Shown here in pieces: positions 24,746-34,832 of a stretch of DNA of 64,000 bases. The position numbers and the translations under genes were made by a program. Positions within the stretch are counted from its first letter, which is position 1. Each line of letters starts with the position of its first letter. Where the stretch lies: contig OZ253564.1 in assembly GCA_965262915.1 (NCBI GenBank), positions 1,408,001-1,472,000 of the forward strand, in the 5' to 3' direction. Source of the stretch: Candidatus Spongiisociaceae bacterium. Lineage in GTDB: Bacteria > Actinomycetota > Acidimicrobiia > Spongiisociales > Spongiisociaceae. The notes beneath the pieces were generated by a model. It saw nothing but the letters and a program-made list of their open reading frames with translations, made no database searches and was not told the origin of the DNA.

Positions 24746-24907
24746 ACAACCTATATGCTGTCAACCCCATAACCCCTAAGTCGCGGTGACACCCCCAGCC
24801 GCATTAGACGAAAACGCAAAATCGGACTTAGCGCCGATGCTCACCCAACCCAACCCATTAGACGAAGTACAACCCGCCGATTTGGCACACATGATCAGGC
24901 AACCCCG

Positions 24908-25035
24908 TGTTGACGATCATCGAAATTCACTCATAGTGGATGGTGCCCCGTTTCTTAGGGGGTCACTGCGATGATGCGGGTGGCCCGTTGGACCGGGGGG
25001 CAGGTCTGACCCAACTGAAATAGTGATCGCCATCA
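24908..25035. mobile_element. IS21-derived MITE
   Basis: TGTTGACGATCATCGAAAT left end and TGATCGCCATCA right end match the IS21 ends at 8594 and 6320. Confidence 0.6.
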
Positions 25036-25211
25036 CCGAGGATCCCGATACCCTCACAGCAACTGACCACTCCGACGAACGCCGGCGCTGAACTACTCCG
25101 TTCCACTGGTTCCTCAAAGCGCCCTGCCGCTAACAAGGCCCGCTGGACACAACCCCAAAACCGGAACACCTACCGGACAGCCGCCGAGCGGGCCATCCCC
25201 TGAGTCACCCG

Positions 25212-25517
25212 CTACAGAGCCAGAAGTCCCTGGGGCTGTGCAGCTGGGGTCGGCTCTAGTCCGAAGATGGCTACCAGGTTGGCTAAGGCGTTGGCTGTGT
25301 CCTCGAAGTAGTTGGAATGGGTGACTTTGATGGCATCTATCGATTCGGCGCCCAGCAGGACCACCTCCACTCGGGTGTAATCCCGGTACTGCTCTTCGCG
25401 CTCGCTGTACGCCTTGAGCGCTTGAGCAGTGTCGCGGAACTCTTCGAGGCTGATCTGCTTCCTTGCGTCATGGTCGAACGTGATGAGGAAGTCAATGGTC
25501 TTGCGCTTTGCCATCAT
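25212..25517 (-). CDS. Putative CapRel antitoxin/sensor domain protein
   Basis: ALKAYSEREE...EVVLLGAESIDAIKVTHSNYF resembles the CapRel C-terminal domain; directly downstream of an SAS gene. Confidence 0.7.
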   Translation of the reverse strand: MMAKRKTIDFLITFDHDARKQISLEEFRDTAQALKAYSEREEQYRDYTRVEVVLLGAESIDAIKVTHSNYFEDTANALANLVAIFGLEPTPAAQPQGLLAL

Positions 25518-25529
25518 GCCCTTCCCGGA

Positions 25530-26270
25530 TCAATGGTGATCAGACCTTATAGCAAGGCCGCCTACTGCAATCGTAGCCAGCCTGGTGAGAATATTCATGA
25601 GGTCCTCTGCGTACGGCTGGTCGGGCTCTCGCTTCGAGAGGCTCGTCGCCAGTTCCCTGAGCAGTTCGTGGACCTCGACTGGCCCTTCGTCGTTTTTGAA
25701 GTCGATGCCGGTCGTGTTGGTCAAATGCTCCACGAGTTTGGCCCAACTGTCTTGGTCTCGGGTGCGGAGCTGCATCTCGATTCGCCGGTTGTGGTACCTC
25801 GTGTAGATATGGACGGCCCGATAACCCGAGTCTTTAGGCGAGACCACATAGTCTTTGATGGTGTCGGACTTCTGGTTGCGCCTGAGGCTGTTCGCACAGA
25901 ATCGCTCTACAACCCGCTGGACCTGTTCTTGGGTGTCGAGAACAGCCCGACAGCCTCCGATATCCTGCATGCTCGACAGATCCAACCTGGGGAGCCGCCG
26001 AAGTTTGTCCTCAATGGTCGGCAGCCTCTTGAGCCGCCGTGAGACGTCAAGGCCGAAGCCCTCAGTGCGAAGGCATGACCGCAACCCCATGTATGCGGCG
26101 TTCAACGGCACAGCGTGAGCAGACCGGTAGGCCTCGACAACTCCCCGAGCCTTGCGGACTTCCTCAAGAGAAGATGCTTGCCCCGGCGTGGCCCGTGCTC
26201 GGCGCAGTGTCTTACCAGCACGTTTTACGTTGCCCAACGATCCGAACGAGGCTAGGGGTGGACCGGCCAT
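25530..26270 (-). CDS. Small alarmone synthetase, RelA/SpoT domain (CapRel-like toxSAS)
   Basis: RLKRLPTIEDKL, MQDIGGCR, DSGYRAVH, EMQLRT...WA. Confidence 0.9.
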   Translation of the reverse strand: MAGPPLASFGSLGNVKRAGKTLRRARATPGQASSLEEVRKARGVVEAYRSAHAVPLNAAYMGLRSCLRTEGFGLDVSRRLKRLPTIEDKLRRLPRLDLSSMQDIGGCRAVLDTQEQVQRVVERFCANSLRRNQKSDTIKDYVVSPKDSGYRAVHIYTRYHNRRIEMQLRTRDQDSWAKLVEHLTNTTGIDFKNDEGPVEVHELLRELATSLSKREPDQPYAEDLMNILTRLATIAVGGLAIRSDHH

Positions 26271-26359
26271 CTAGTAATCAGCAGTTGCCCGGGAAGGTAA
26301 GTCCATCGGGACGCGGTCCTTCGGATGGGTTTGAAGCAGGCATCTGGTCGAGGTCGGGA

Positions 26360-26917
26360 TCAAGTAAGACCTACCAGGCCGAGCAACTTCCACGCAAGCA
26401 CTACCAGGACCACCGGCATCGCAGCGGAGACCCCAACAGCGACGGTAGCGGTAGCTGACCGGCATAGGCGCCAGGAGCAGGGCATGAGCGCCACCAGGAA
26501 CGACGCCAAAAGGGCGGAAGCCCCCCAACTCACCGCGACAAAACCCAACCGGGCAACCTCGAGGACGCTACGGACCGACACGTGATCGACAACGGTCACT
26601 AACAAGGACAGGGCAACAAGCCCCGCCGAGACAAGCAGCCCCGCCACGGCTGCGATCGAAACAGAGGGTCCATCCATGACTCCAACGGCCCGGTCGACGA
26701 CACCGAAGCGGAACCAGGCCGCCAGCAACGCGACCGGCCACAGCCACAACACGGGAGCAAGGTCTAACGCGAGAGCAAAAAGGCCCGAGCGGGTAACGAA
26801 GAAGGCAGCCCACAGCCCGCCGGTCACCACCAGAGCGGCGATGTAAACAACGATGGCAGCCAGATTCCGGTCGCTATTACGCACCCGGTACGCCCACTCC
26901 CTAAACCTGATGCTCAC
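26360..26917 (-). CDS. Multi-TM hypothetical membrane protein
   Basis: About five hydrophobic helices; GTG start overlaps recombinase stop. Confidence 0.6.
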   Translation of the reverse strand: MSIRFREWAYRVRNSDRNLAAIVVYIAALVVTGGLWAAFFVTRSGLFALALDLAPVLWLWPVALLAAWFRFGVVDRAVGVMDGPSVSIAAVAGLLVSAGLVALSLLVTVVDHVSVRSVLEVARLGFVAVSWGASALLASFLVALMPCSWRLCRSATATVAVGVSAAMPVVLVVLAWKLLGLVGLT

Positions 26918-27858
26918 CCCTGGCCGCCTGGACTGTCGAACTGGTTGGCTGTCATCCGGGCTACCGCTTCGACACCCGGTCGGGTATAGACAGACAGGGT
27001 TCGCAGGTCCCGGTGCCGGCTCTTGGCCTGCAGCATGACAGCCGACGCTCCTGCCTCTGCCAGATGCGTGAGGGAGGAGTGGCGGAGCTGGTGCAGCGTC
27101 CACCCACCGGAATGTTTGTGGAACTCCGCCGCGGCGGTTCGGTAGGAGAGCCGGGCTTGGCCGGTCGCCGCGTGCAGGTCACGCTGCGGTGGGGCGGTGC
27201 GGGACCTCCATCGGGTCAGGAACAGCGGCCCGCCGCTGCGGTCTGCGAGGTAGCGGCCGAGGAGACGGGCGGTCGGCGCCGCCCACAGGATCATGTCGAC
27301 GCTGCCGCCTTTGCTGCGGATCCGGGCCCGACGCCGGGCTCGGTCCAGGTCCTCCACATCCAAAGCCAGGACCTCTGACGCTCTGGCGGCTGTTTCGTAC
27401 AGCATCCGCCACAGCGTCTTCTCCCGAAGCGGCACGGTCCGCCGGCGCCACAGGTCCTCGAGATCCTCATAGGGGACCGCCCGGGTGTTGTCCGCCGGCC
27501 GCCGGCGGGCCGGCACCCCGGCCAGCAGCTCCTCCGCTAGGGGCCAGCGTTCACCGCACCAGGAAGCGAACGCCTGCACCGCGACCCGCCGGGCGTTCCA
27601 CGTTGCCGGCGCGCAACCATCCCACCGCTCCGCAAACACGGCCACCACAAGCTGCGGGTCGAGGTCAGTCACCGTACGGTCGTCGTCCACCGCTTCGACG
27701 AGGGGGTCGAGGGCTTTGCGGTAGGTGCGGCGGGTCTCCGCCGCGAGGTCACGGTGCGCGAAGAAGGCCTCCACCACCCCGGCCACCGACGGGACATGGC
27801 GCACCGGATGATCCGGCTCCGGACCTGCAGGTGGGGGGAAGTGGACAACAGAACCCAT
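26914..27858 (-). CDS. Tyrosine recombinase (family D, copy 1)
   Basis: LYETAARASE, SKGG, LHQLRHS, KSRH, LSVY; paralog of 56810-57730. Confidence 0.92.
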   Translation of the reverse strand: MGSVVHFPPPAGPEPDHPVRHVPSVAGVVEAFFAHRDLAAETRRTYRKALDPLVEAVDDDRTVTDLDPQLVVAVFAERWDGCAPATWNARRVAVQAFASWCGERWPLAEELLAGVPARRRPADNTRAVPYEDLEDLWRRRTVPLREKTLWRMLYETAARASEVLALDVEDLDRARRRARIRSKGGSVDMILWAAPTARLLGRYLADRSGGPLFLTRWRSRTAPPQRDLHAATGQARLSYRTAAAEFHKHSGGWTLHQLRHSSLTHLAEAGASAVMLQAKSRHRDLRTLSVYTRPGVEAVARMTANQFDSPGGQG

Positions 27859-27994
27859 ACCCCCGAGTATGCCCACCGGTGGTGACATTGCCGGGTAAAT
27901 AGGCCGGTTCGGGTGGTATTGCACATATTCCGCAGGGTTCACGCGTCGCGGCGGTTCGTGTTGTGCCTGGTCAGGAGGTTTCGGGCAGGTCGGG

Positions 27995-28025
27995 TATTGC
28001 AGGTATCCGCCTAATACCTGTAGAA
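27995..28025. other. Recombinase core site D1
   Basis: TATTGCAGGTAT-CCGCCTA-ATACCTGTAGAA; extra half-site TATTGCACATAT at 27917. Confidence 0.75.
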
Positions 28026-28708
28026 GCGGAGCGGGGGTGGTGTTGTTCACTCCGGGAATCCCGCTGCGGTCACCAAGCCTATACCTCACCCACCTGAATC
28101 AGCCAGGCGCCGGTTGCTGGCGGGACGCAGCGTGTGGAGGTTCTGTGTGTACAGGGAAGTGAGCTACGAGATCTTGGTCTCATTTCTTGTCCGGGGATGG
28201 TGGGTGTTCCCTCGGCTTGGTGGGTTCCTTCTGGCGGTTGGTCTTGGCGAGCAGCCACCAGATCAGGTAATCGGCCGCCACCTCTGGGGAGAGGGCGGAA
28301 TCCGCGGGACCGTTCTCGGGGTCGGAAGCCGTTGGTACTTTTCTTGTGGTGTACGGGGGGTGAAGATCCTTCGAGTTAGGTGACCGCCGGCGTCAGCCTC
28401 ACGGAGGTATTCGCACTGACCCTGAGGAGGAACGCTGTGGTCGGCAAGAGAACGGACGAGTTGGTGTGGTGACGCAACCATCTCGAGGCGGATGGCAATG
28501 ATCTGTTGCGGGAGATGGTTCGTAGCTTCGCCGCAGGGCCTGATGTCCGCGGAGGCAGATGTGGAAGATCTCGAGGGACTCGGAGATAGCGTTGGCCAAC
28601 TCGATACGGTTCCCGTGCCGTCGCAGGTCTGGTAGCTCGAACCGCAATACGAGCCCAGAAACAAGGTGATTCAGCCCTGCCAGTATGAGCGTTTTGTGTG
28701 AGGCTTGC

Positions 28709-30718
28709 TCAGCCGGTTTTGAATCCTGCGAGAGCCCAGCCCCAGCAGGTTATGCCGCCGTCGGTACGCAACCCACACGAATGAACCGAGCCGGCTTCGA
28801 TAGCCGTGAACTGCCCGCTTGGTGGGTTCAGTAGGCCGGGGATGTCGTACTCTTCGTTGCCTTCCCATTCGCCGTTGTCGCCCCAGCACGCGATGGTGCC
28901 ATCGGTACGCAACCCACACGAATGGTCGCCGCCGGCTGACACAGCGGCGAACTGCCCACCGGGGGGGTCTGCCTGGCCGATGTAGCTGCCGTCGATGTCG
29001 TCGTTGTTGCCCCAGCACGCGATGGTGCTATCGGTACGCAACCCACACGAATGGTCGCCGCCGGCTGACACGGCAGCGAACTGCCCACCGGGGGGGTCTG
29101 TTTGACCATGGTGGTTGAAACCCCAGCACACAATGGTGCTGTCGGTACGCAACCCACAGGAATAGAACGCGCCGGCTGACACGGCAGCGAATTGCCCACC
29201 GGGGGGGTCTGTTTGACCGATGTAGCTGCCGTCGTACTCGTGGTTGCTGCCCCAGCACACAATGGTGCTGTCGGTACGCAACCCACACGAATGGTCGAAA
29301 CCGGCTGACACGGCAGCGAACTGCCCGCCGGAAGCGTCTGTTTGACCATCGTGGTTGTCGCCCCAGCACGCAACGGTGCCATCGGTACGCAACCCACACG
29401 AATGATCCCTTCCGGTTGACACAGCGGCGAACTGCCCGCCGGGTGGGTCTAACTCGCCATGGAGGTTGGAATCACCCCAGCAGGTGATGGTGCTGTCGGT
29501 ACGTAACCCACAGACATAAAACAAGCCGGCTGACACGGCGGTGAACTGCCCGCCGGGGATCTCCAACTGACCGTCGAAATTGTTGCCCCAGCAATGTATG
29601 GTGCCGTCGGTGCGTAACCCACACGAATGAACCCTGCCGGCTGCGACGGCGGTGAACTCCCCATCCGGCGCCCCCGACGGTCCGTAGTAGGTGGAGCCCC
29701 AGCAAGACACGGTTCCGTCAGTACGCAACGCACACAAATGATCCTCACCGGCTGACACGGCGGTGAACTCCCCATCCGGCGCCCCCGACGGTCCGTAGTA
29801 GGTGGAGCCCCAGCAAGACACGGTGCCATCGGTACGCAACGCACACGAGAATCCGTAGCCGGCAGCAACAGCGGTGAACTCCCCATCCGGCGCGTCCAAC
29901 TGGCCGTCTTCGTCGGAGCCCCAGCAAGACACGGTTCCGTCAGTACGCAACGCACACGAGAATCCGTAGCCGGCAGCAACAGCGGTGAACTCCCCATCCG
30001 GCGCGTCCAACTGACCAAGATCATTCAAACCCCAGCACGCAACGGTGCCATCGGCACGCACCGCACACGAATGATCCTCACCGGCTGAGACACTGGTGAA
30101 CTGCCCACTGGGCACCCCAAAGCGCAAGTCTTCAGTGCCCGAAAAGAACCCCGAAAAGAACTCAGGGTTCCAGCATGCGATAGTACCGTCGCTGCGCAGC
30201 CCACAGGAATGCCACCTACCGGCCGAGACAGCGGTGAACTCCCCATCCGGCGCGTCCGATTGACCAACATTGTTCAAACCCCAGCACGCAACGGTGCCAT
30301 CGGCACGCACCGCACACGAATGATGCCCACCGGCTGCGACAGCAGTGAATCGGCTCTCGGTAACCAGAACTCCCCGGGTTGGTGAGCCATCCACTCCTCC
30401 CGTCCTGGCTGCTGCAGTCGTATCGGTAACCACCAGAGCTGGGATAGTTGTAGTGAGGGGCTGGGTAGCGGCAGCCGCCGCAACGAGGGGACCCTCCTCG
30501 GGTGTGCCCACCACAGTGGAGCCTTCCACCGGCGCATCGCTCACGGCGGCAGTCAGCACCGTCGTGGATGCCGTCATAGTCGAAGAGGACAAGACCGCCG
30601 TCCCGGTTGCAGCCGATCGCGAATCAGATGAACTGTCCCCACCGCTCAACAACAACACCACCACCCCAGTCGCTACAAGAACCCCCACAACACCGACCAG
30701 AGCAGCCCTAACCCTCAC
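28709..30718 (-). CDS. Membrane-anchored RCC1/BLIP-II-like repeat protein, 14 repeats
   Basis: N-terminal TM, Ser/Thr linker, 14 x FxAVSAGxxHSCGLRTDGTxxCWG; AGGAGG before GTG 30718. Confidence 0.9.
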   Translation of the reverse strand: MRVRAALVGVVGVLVATGVVVLLLSGGDSSSDSRSAATGTAVLSSSTMTASTTVLTAAVSDAPVEGSTVVGTPEEGPLVAAAAATQPLTTTIPALVVTDTTAAARTGGVDGSPTRGVLVTESRFTAVAAGGHHSCAVRADGTVACWGLNNVGQSDAPDGEFTAVSAGRWHSCGLRSDGTIACWNPEFFSGFFSGTEDLRFGVPSGQFTSVSAGEDHSCAVRADGTVACWGLNDLGQLDAPDGEFTAVAAGYGFSCALRTDGTVSCWGSDEDGQLDAPDGEFTAVAAGYGFSCALRTDGTVSCWGSTYYGPSGAPDGEFTAVSAGEDHLCALRTDGTVSCWGSTYYGPSGAPDGEFTAVAAGRVHSCGLRTDGTIHCWGNNFDGQLEIPGGQFTAVSAGLFYVCGLRTDSTITCWGDSNLHGELDPPGGQFAAVSTGRDHSCGLRTDGTVACWGDNHDGQTDASGGQFAAVSAGFDHSCGLRTDSTIVCWGSNHEYDGSYIGQTDPPGGQFAAVSAGAFYSCGLRTDSTIVCWGFNHHGQTDPPGGQFAAVSAGGDHSCGLRTDSTIACWGNNDDIDGSYIGQADPPGGQFAAVSAGGDHSCGLRTDGTIACWGDNGEWEGNEEYDIPGLLNPPSGQFTAIEAGSVHSCGLRTDGGITCWGWALAGFKTG

Positions 30719-31089
30719 TACCCACCTCCTAACAAACCACAAGCACCCCATCATCACAATAACTAAAGTGCGTGCAACAACCGTAGAGCACATGCACCCC
30801 GGGCTGCATACTGATCGGCGCCGACACTGCACTGGTAATCACACCTGCGAGCGACCCCTCAACAGAATACCTGTGGGCAACCGGAAACGCGAGACACCCG
30901 AGTGACAGCACAGAAGATCGCCATCACAGGCACCGACACACCGGAACCCGGCCGTCATACACCGTAGAACTACGGCACCGAATACCAGACCCGACGCAGC
31001 AGTGACGATCACCGAAACCAGCCATGTCTGCTGATATGAGCGTACCGCAGCGCCGTCGTGCCCGGTCACAGTGTTTCGGTGGGGTCGGG

Positions 31090-31120
31090 TATCGCACATA
31101 TCCGCCCAATACCTGCAATA
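31090..31120. other. Recombinase core site D2 (no adjacent recombinase)
   Basis: TATCGCACATAT-CCGCCCA-ATACCTGCAATA, same orientation and flank as D1. Confidence 0.78.
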
Positions 31121-32061
31121 GTATCTCACCGAACAGAGGGACCAGGTCCGGCCAGGGTATGGCTGCGATTGAGCCGCAAGGAGTGGTCTTGGGTCAGCGG
31201 ATCGACCGGCTCGCGTCCCGAAGTCTAAAAGCGGTCATGCGGGCTGGGAGGGAAGTTTCTTTAACGCCGTGGAGGACCGTTGGTGTTGACCAAGGACCAT
31301 GTCGGCTGGGGTTGTACCAAACGGGTCCGTCTGCTTCGGGTTTACTCGATCACGTCGTGAGTTCTCAGTCCGGGGGGTGCCCATCGCTCTGTTGCCGGGG
31401 CTGTGCTGCGTGTGGTGGGGTATTGGAGAGGTTTTGGTGTTGATGTGAGGGACCATGTTCGGTACGACTGGCAGCGTTGGTGGTTGCCGGTGGGCACAAC
31501 TTTTGTGGAGGCTGCGCGATTTCGTGGGGTCCGGGTTCTGTTGTCGGTGTGAGAGTCACGTTATGAGGATTCCACGGGCTGCAAAACTGTTGGTGTTGGT
31601 GAACCCATTAGCGACTCGGCGTAGGATCTTGAGCAATGGATGGCGCGAGGTCTGGACTGCATGTCCATCGTCAGAGTGTCCGCGCGGTGGTGGACCGCCC
31701 AGGGCGACCCCCGAGGAACTCTATGCAGCTATGAGAGCGGCCTATGACTTCGGCGCGACCTGTCGCACGATTGGTGGCCGGATCGGTATCTCACAGTCAA
31801 CAGCCCGACGTTGGATCACTGGCACCTAGCAACACTGAAGGCAGAGCCACCGGCGGTCTCAGGTGGAGGGTGGGTCCGCCAGCGTCCTCGTCGCTGGAAC
31901 CCAACCACGAGAACCCCCAAAGCCGAATCCGGAACCCCTGCGAAGCGAGAGGCATCTCATTGCCGGGCGCGGAGAGCCGCTGTGCTTTACTGCCCACTCA
32001 ACGACGGATACATCAACACAGGGCTGGCACGCTGGGACAGCCGTTCTGGCACCTCGCCGAG

Positions 32062-33807
32062 CTAGTCCGGGTTATCCGTGCTGTCGGAAGCGAGTGTGTG
32101 GCGTAGCTTCTCTAGGATATGGCTTCGGCGCTTCTCGTAGAAGTCCGGGAACCCCTTGATTTCGGTCGGAACGTCGCCCAGATCGTGCAGATGGCAGTGT
32201 TGTAGCCTTTCCTTCTCGGAGTACTGTTCGCGTAGCCATTCGGAAGGTGGCTTCTTACCCTTGCTGAGGTTTGCCGATCCCTCGAGGAGTTGGAGATTGG
32301 CTAGACGGTTCACTCGCTCGCGATACTTGGGGATCTCGTCGTCGCTGACGCAGGCCTTTCTTAGCTGCGCCGGGGTCATTAGCGCGCGCGGGAAGACATG
32401 ATCGATGTGGAAGCGGTTCGTGGCTACGTCGACAAAATCGTACAGGAGGAACAGGAGGCTGTAGGCTCTTCCATCGTACGCGGCGTCGGCCAAGTCCTGG
32501 AGTTCCTCGTCGTCGAAGGTCAGGCTCTTGCCGGGCGCCATCGCTTTCTCGATCATGCGAGCCGGGAAGCCGTCGTGGCAAGAACTCTCCCGGATCGCTT
32601 TGCGGATCGCCATTAGCAGAGCATCCACTCCACTGCTCCAAATGCCGCGTTTCAGCAGCGAGCGAATCAACCAGTCGCGAATCGCCTCGCGGTCCTTGGT
32701 TCCTAATGATGGCTGACGGTGGTGGAGAAAATAGGCGATCGGCAGCAGGGCGTTTGCCGATGTCAGGCTCTGTCCGGAGTAGCCGAACGAGGATGCAAGT
32801 TCCACCGTCTCTGTGATCGTGCTTCTGATAAGACCCCATTGATCCTGCAGGGCGCCGATCTTCGATTTCTTGAAGTTCTCGACCTTGAAACGGATGCTGT
32901 TGCTGTCGCCGAGCATCAGGCAGGCCTTGAGAACGAAGTCGTGATTGAACGAGAAGCCCCTACCGATGTTCTTGATCTCGTCAACCAGAGAGTGGATCTC
33001 CTGCCGCGCGTCGACCTTATCCCATTGGGCCACCGCCATGCTCAGGAGCATGTCCGAGTAGGAGAGCACCGTGCCGCCGCTGTTGGTGCGAACGAAAATG
33101 TTCAGCACCCGTTCCGGGTCCTGGTCCGCCTCTTCGTAGGCCGAGACTATGCCGTCGCTGTGAACGACGCGGTGAAACCGGTTGAGCACCTTCTGAGGAC
33201 TGCGTGTTTCCGCGAGACCGAGGTCATAGACGACGTCGATCAGGTCCGCGGCATCCTCCACGTCGAGGATGTCCCTCACGCGGTACCAGTGTTCGTGATC
33301 GTTCCTGGTGTTCCGGTTCTTCGCTTCCTTCTCCGGGAGAAGTCTGAACTTGTACAGGAGGTCCTCTTCGTCCTCCATCCGGGGCGCGAGGAGATTGAGG
33401 TAGAGCCGTCGTTCCGGAAAGGCGCGCGGGTTGTTCCACCACAGACGGGGGAGTTTCCATCTACCGCTGCCGTGGAGCCCGACATTCAGCGCAGTGAGGC
33501 GCTGTTGCCCGTCGAGCACCGCCTTCAGGCCGGGCACGGTGGAAGGCGCCCCATGGACGGGATTGTGGGGCTTCCGTTGATCGTAGTTCGTGATGAACTG
33601 GTAGAAGCTGTAGTTCTTGGCAGTTTCGGGATCAACTCGCCAGAACAAAAACGATCCGATCGGATAGCCCCGCATCAGGCTGTCGAAGAGCCGCTCGATC
33701 TGATGCGGTGACCACACGAACTCCCTTTGAATGGCCGGGAGCAGGTAACGGTTGTTGTGAATGTGGTCGATTGCCGCCTTGATCGTGACCGGCGTCTGAA
33801 ATGCCAT
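32062..33807 (-). CDS. GmrSD-family (DUF262 + HNH) type IV restriction-like protein
   Basis: LPAIQREFVW, DSLMRGYPIG, LDGQQRLT, FVRTNSGG; C-terminal IDHVFP...NLQLL...N. Confidence 0.9.
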   Translation of the reverse strand: MAFQTPVTIKAAIDHIHNNRYLLPAIQREFVWSPHQIERLFDSLMRGYPIGSFLFWRVDPETAKNYSFYQFITNYDQRKPHNPVHGAPSTVPGLKAVLDGQQRLTALNVGLHGSGRWKLPRLWWNNPRAFPERRLYLNLLAPRMEDEEDLLYKFRLLPEKEAKNRNTRNDHEHWYRVRDILDVEDAADLIDVVYDLGLAETRSPQKVLNRFHRVVHSDGIVSAYEEADQDPERVLNIFVRTNSGGTVLSYSDMLLSMAVAQWDKVDARQEIHSLVDEIKNIGRGFSFNHDFVLKACLMLGDSNSIRFKVENFKKSKIGALQDQWGLIRSTITETVELASSFGYSGQSLTSANALLPIAYFLHHRQPSLGTKDREAIRDWLIRSLLKRGIWSSGVDALLMAIRKAIRESSCHDGFPARMIEKAMAPGKSLTFDDEELQDLADAAYDGRAYSLLFLLYDFVDVATNRFHIDHVFPRALMTPAQLRKACVSDDEIPKYRERVNRLANLQLLEGSANLSKGKKPPSEWLREQYSEKERLQHCHLHDLGDVPTEIKGFPDFYEKRRSHILEKLRHTLASDSTDNPD

Positions 33808-34738
33808 GCTTTCGACCTCCTAAGGGTACAGGGGCAAGACGGGAATCAAACTTGTCGGCATCGGACCACTCAATGCCGTAAGGGAGGTCACATGCAAGAT
33901 GAGCGAACCCGTACCCTTCCGGCACGCTATACGTTAGCTCAGAAGGATCATCGTGCGCCGCCTCACCGCCCATCCCGACCTTCGCCACGTAGTCCAATCA
34001 CCTGGGACTGACCGTGTCACGAAGGTTGGGAGTGATCCGGTGTCGGGTGGCTAGGCGGGCGAGTTGGGTGGCTAGCGGTGTGGGTAGGCAGGCTAGGGCT
34101 GCTTCGAGTTGTGCCTGGTCGATGACCCGTGGCTCTGGGACGGTGACCGGAATCGTCTGTCTGGGTTCGGTAGCGGGGTTCGGGGCTGGTGTCGGTCCGG
34201 TCGGTGAGCTGTGGTCGCTGTGTGGGGTTCGGTCCTTGAGTTGTTCGTCGAGTCGACGGCCGCGGTGCTGGTTGAGGCGGGTATCGCCGCAGGCGCCTTG
34301 GTGGCGTTGGTGGCATAGGTGTGGTCGGGCGAAGCAGCGGGCGAAATGGGTGGCGAGGCTTCGGCGGTTTCTTACCGGCCGTCCCAGTCGTACTACCCGG
34401 TCAACCTCGAGGGCAGCCTGCTCCGCGACATGCCAACCCCACCGTCGGGCCAGATCCGACCCCACCCAAGCCACGTCGGGTCCCGCCCAGGACCCCGAAG
34501 TAGCCCTGGTTTCGTAGTTGCGTCTCTCCGGAGTCCACCTCCGCCGCCTTCGGACAGGTGGGCCACGTCCCACCACCCCCCGTTTTGTGGTGATTCTTCT
34601 CCTCGGGGCGTCGCCCGAAGGGCGCGCACCTGAAGATTCCTTACGCGCGGAGGTTGTATAGGAAGGCTTGTAGCCGATGAGACCACCCCATAGCCGACCA
34701 GCATCCGGCGGCTCGTTGACAGACGATGGGGCGGTGTC

Positions 34739-34832
34739 GGGGTGACCGTAGTAAATGGACAAAATGTTACGGTTTCAGGGGGGTCCGTAGGGGTCAGAGT
34801 TGGCCGTGGGGTGGTGGTGTGGGGTTGGTGAA
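34739..34832 (-). mobile_element. Solo Tn3-family end (IR family B) with TnpA tail remnant
   Basis: GGGGTGACCGTAGTAAATGGACAAAA similar to 58475; minus-strand GRYDFTNPTPPP. Confidence 0.7.

Larger units (their letters stand above)
22270..24906 (-). mobile_element. Tn3-family transposon (IR family A) with tyrosine-recombinase resolvase, TA pair and internally deleted tnpA
   Basis: ~53-bp IRs at both ends; order toxin-antitoxin-resolution site-recombinase-tnpA remnant. Confidence 0.85.

Noticed and set aside
33998-34738. Replication protein remnant
   Set aside because: No recognisable Rep motif; ORF composition is ambiguous.
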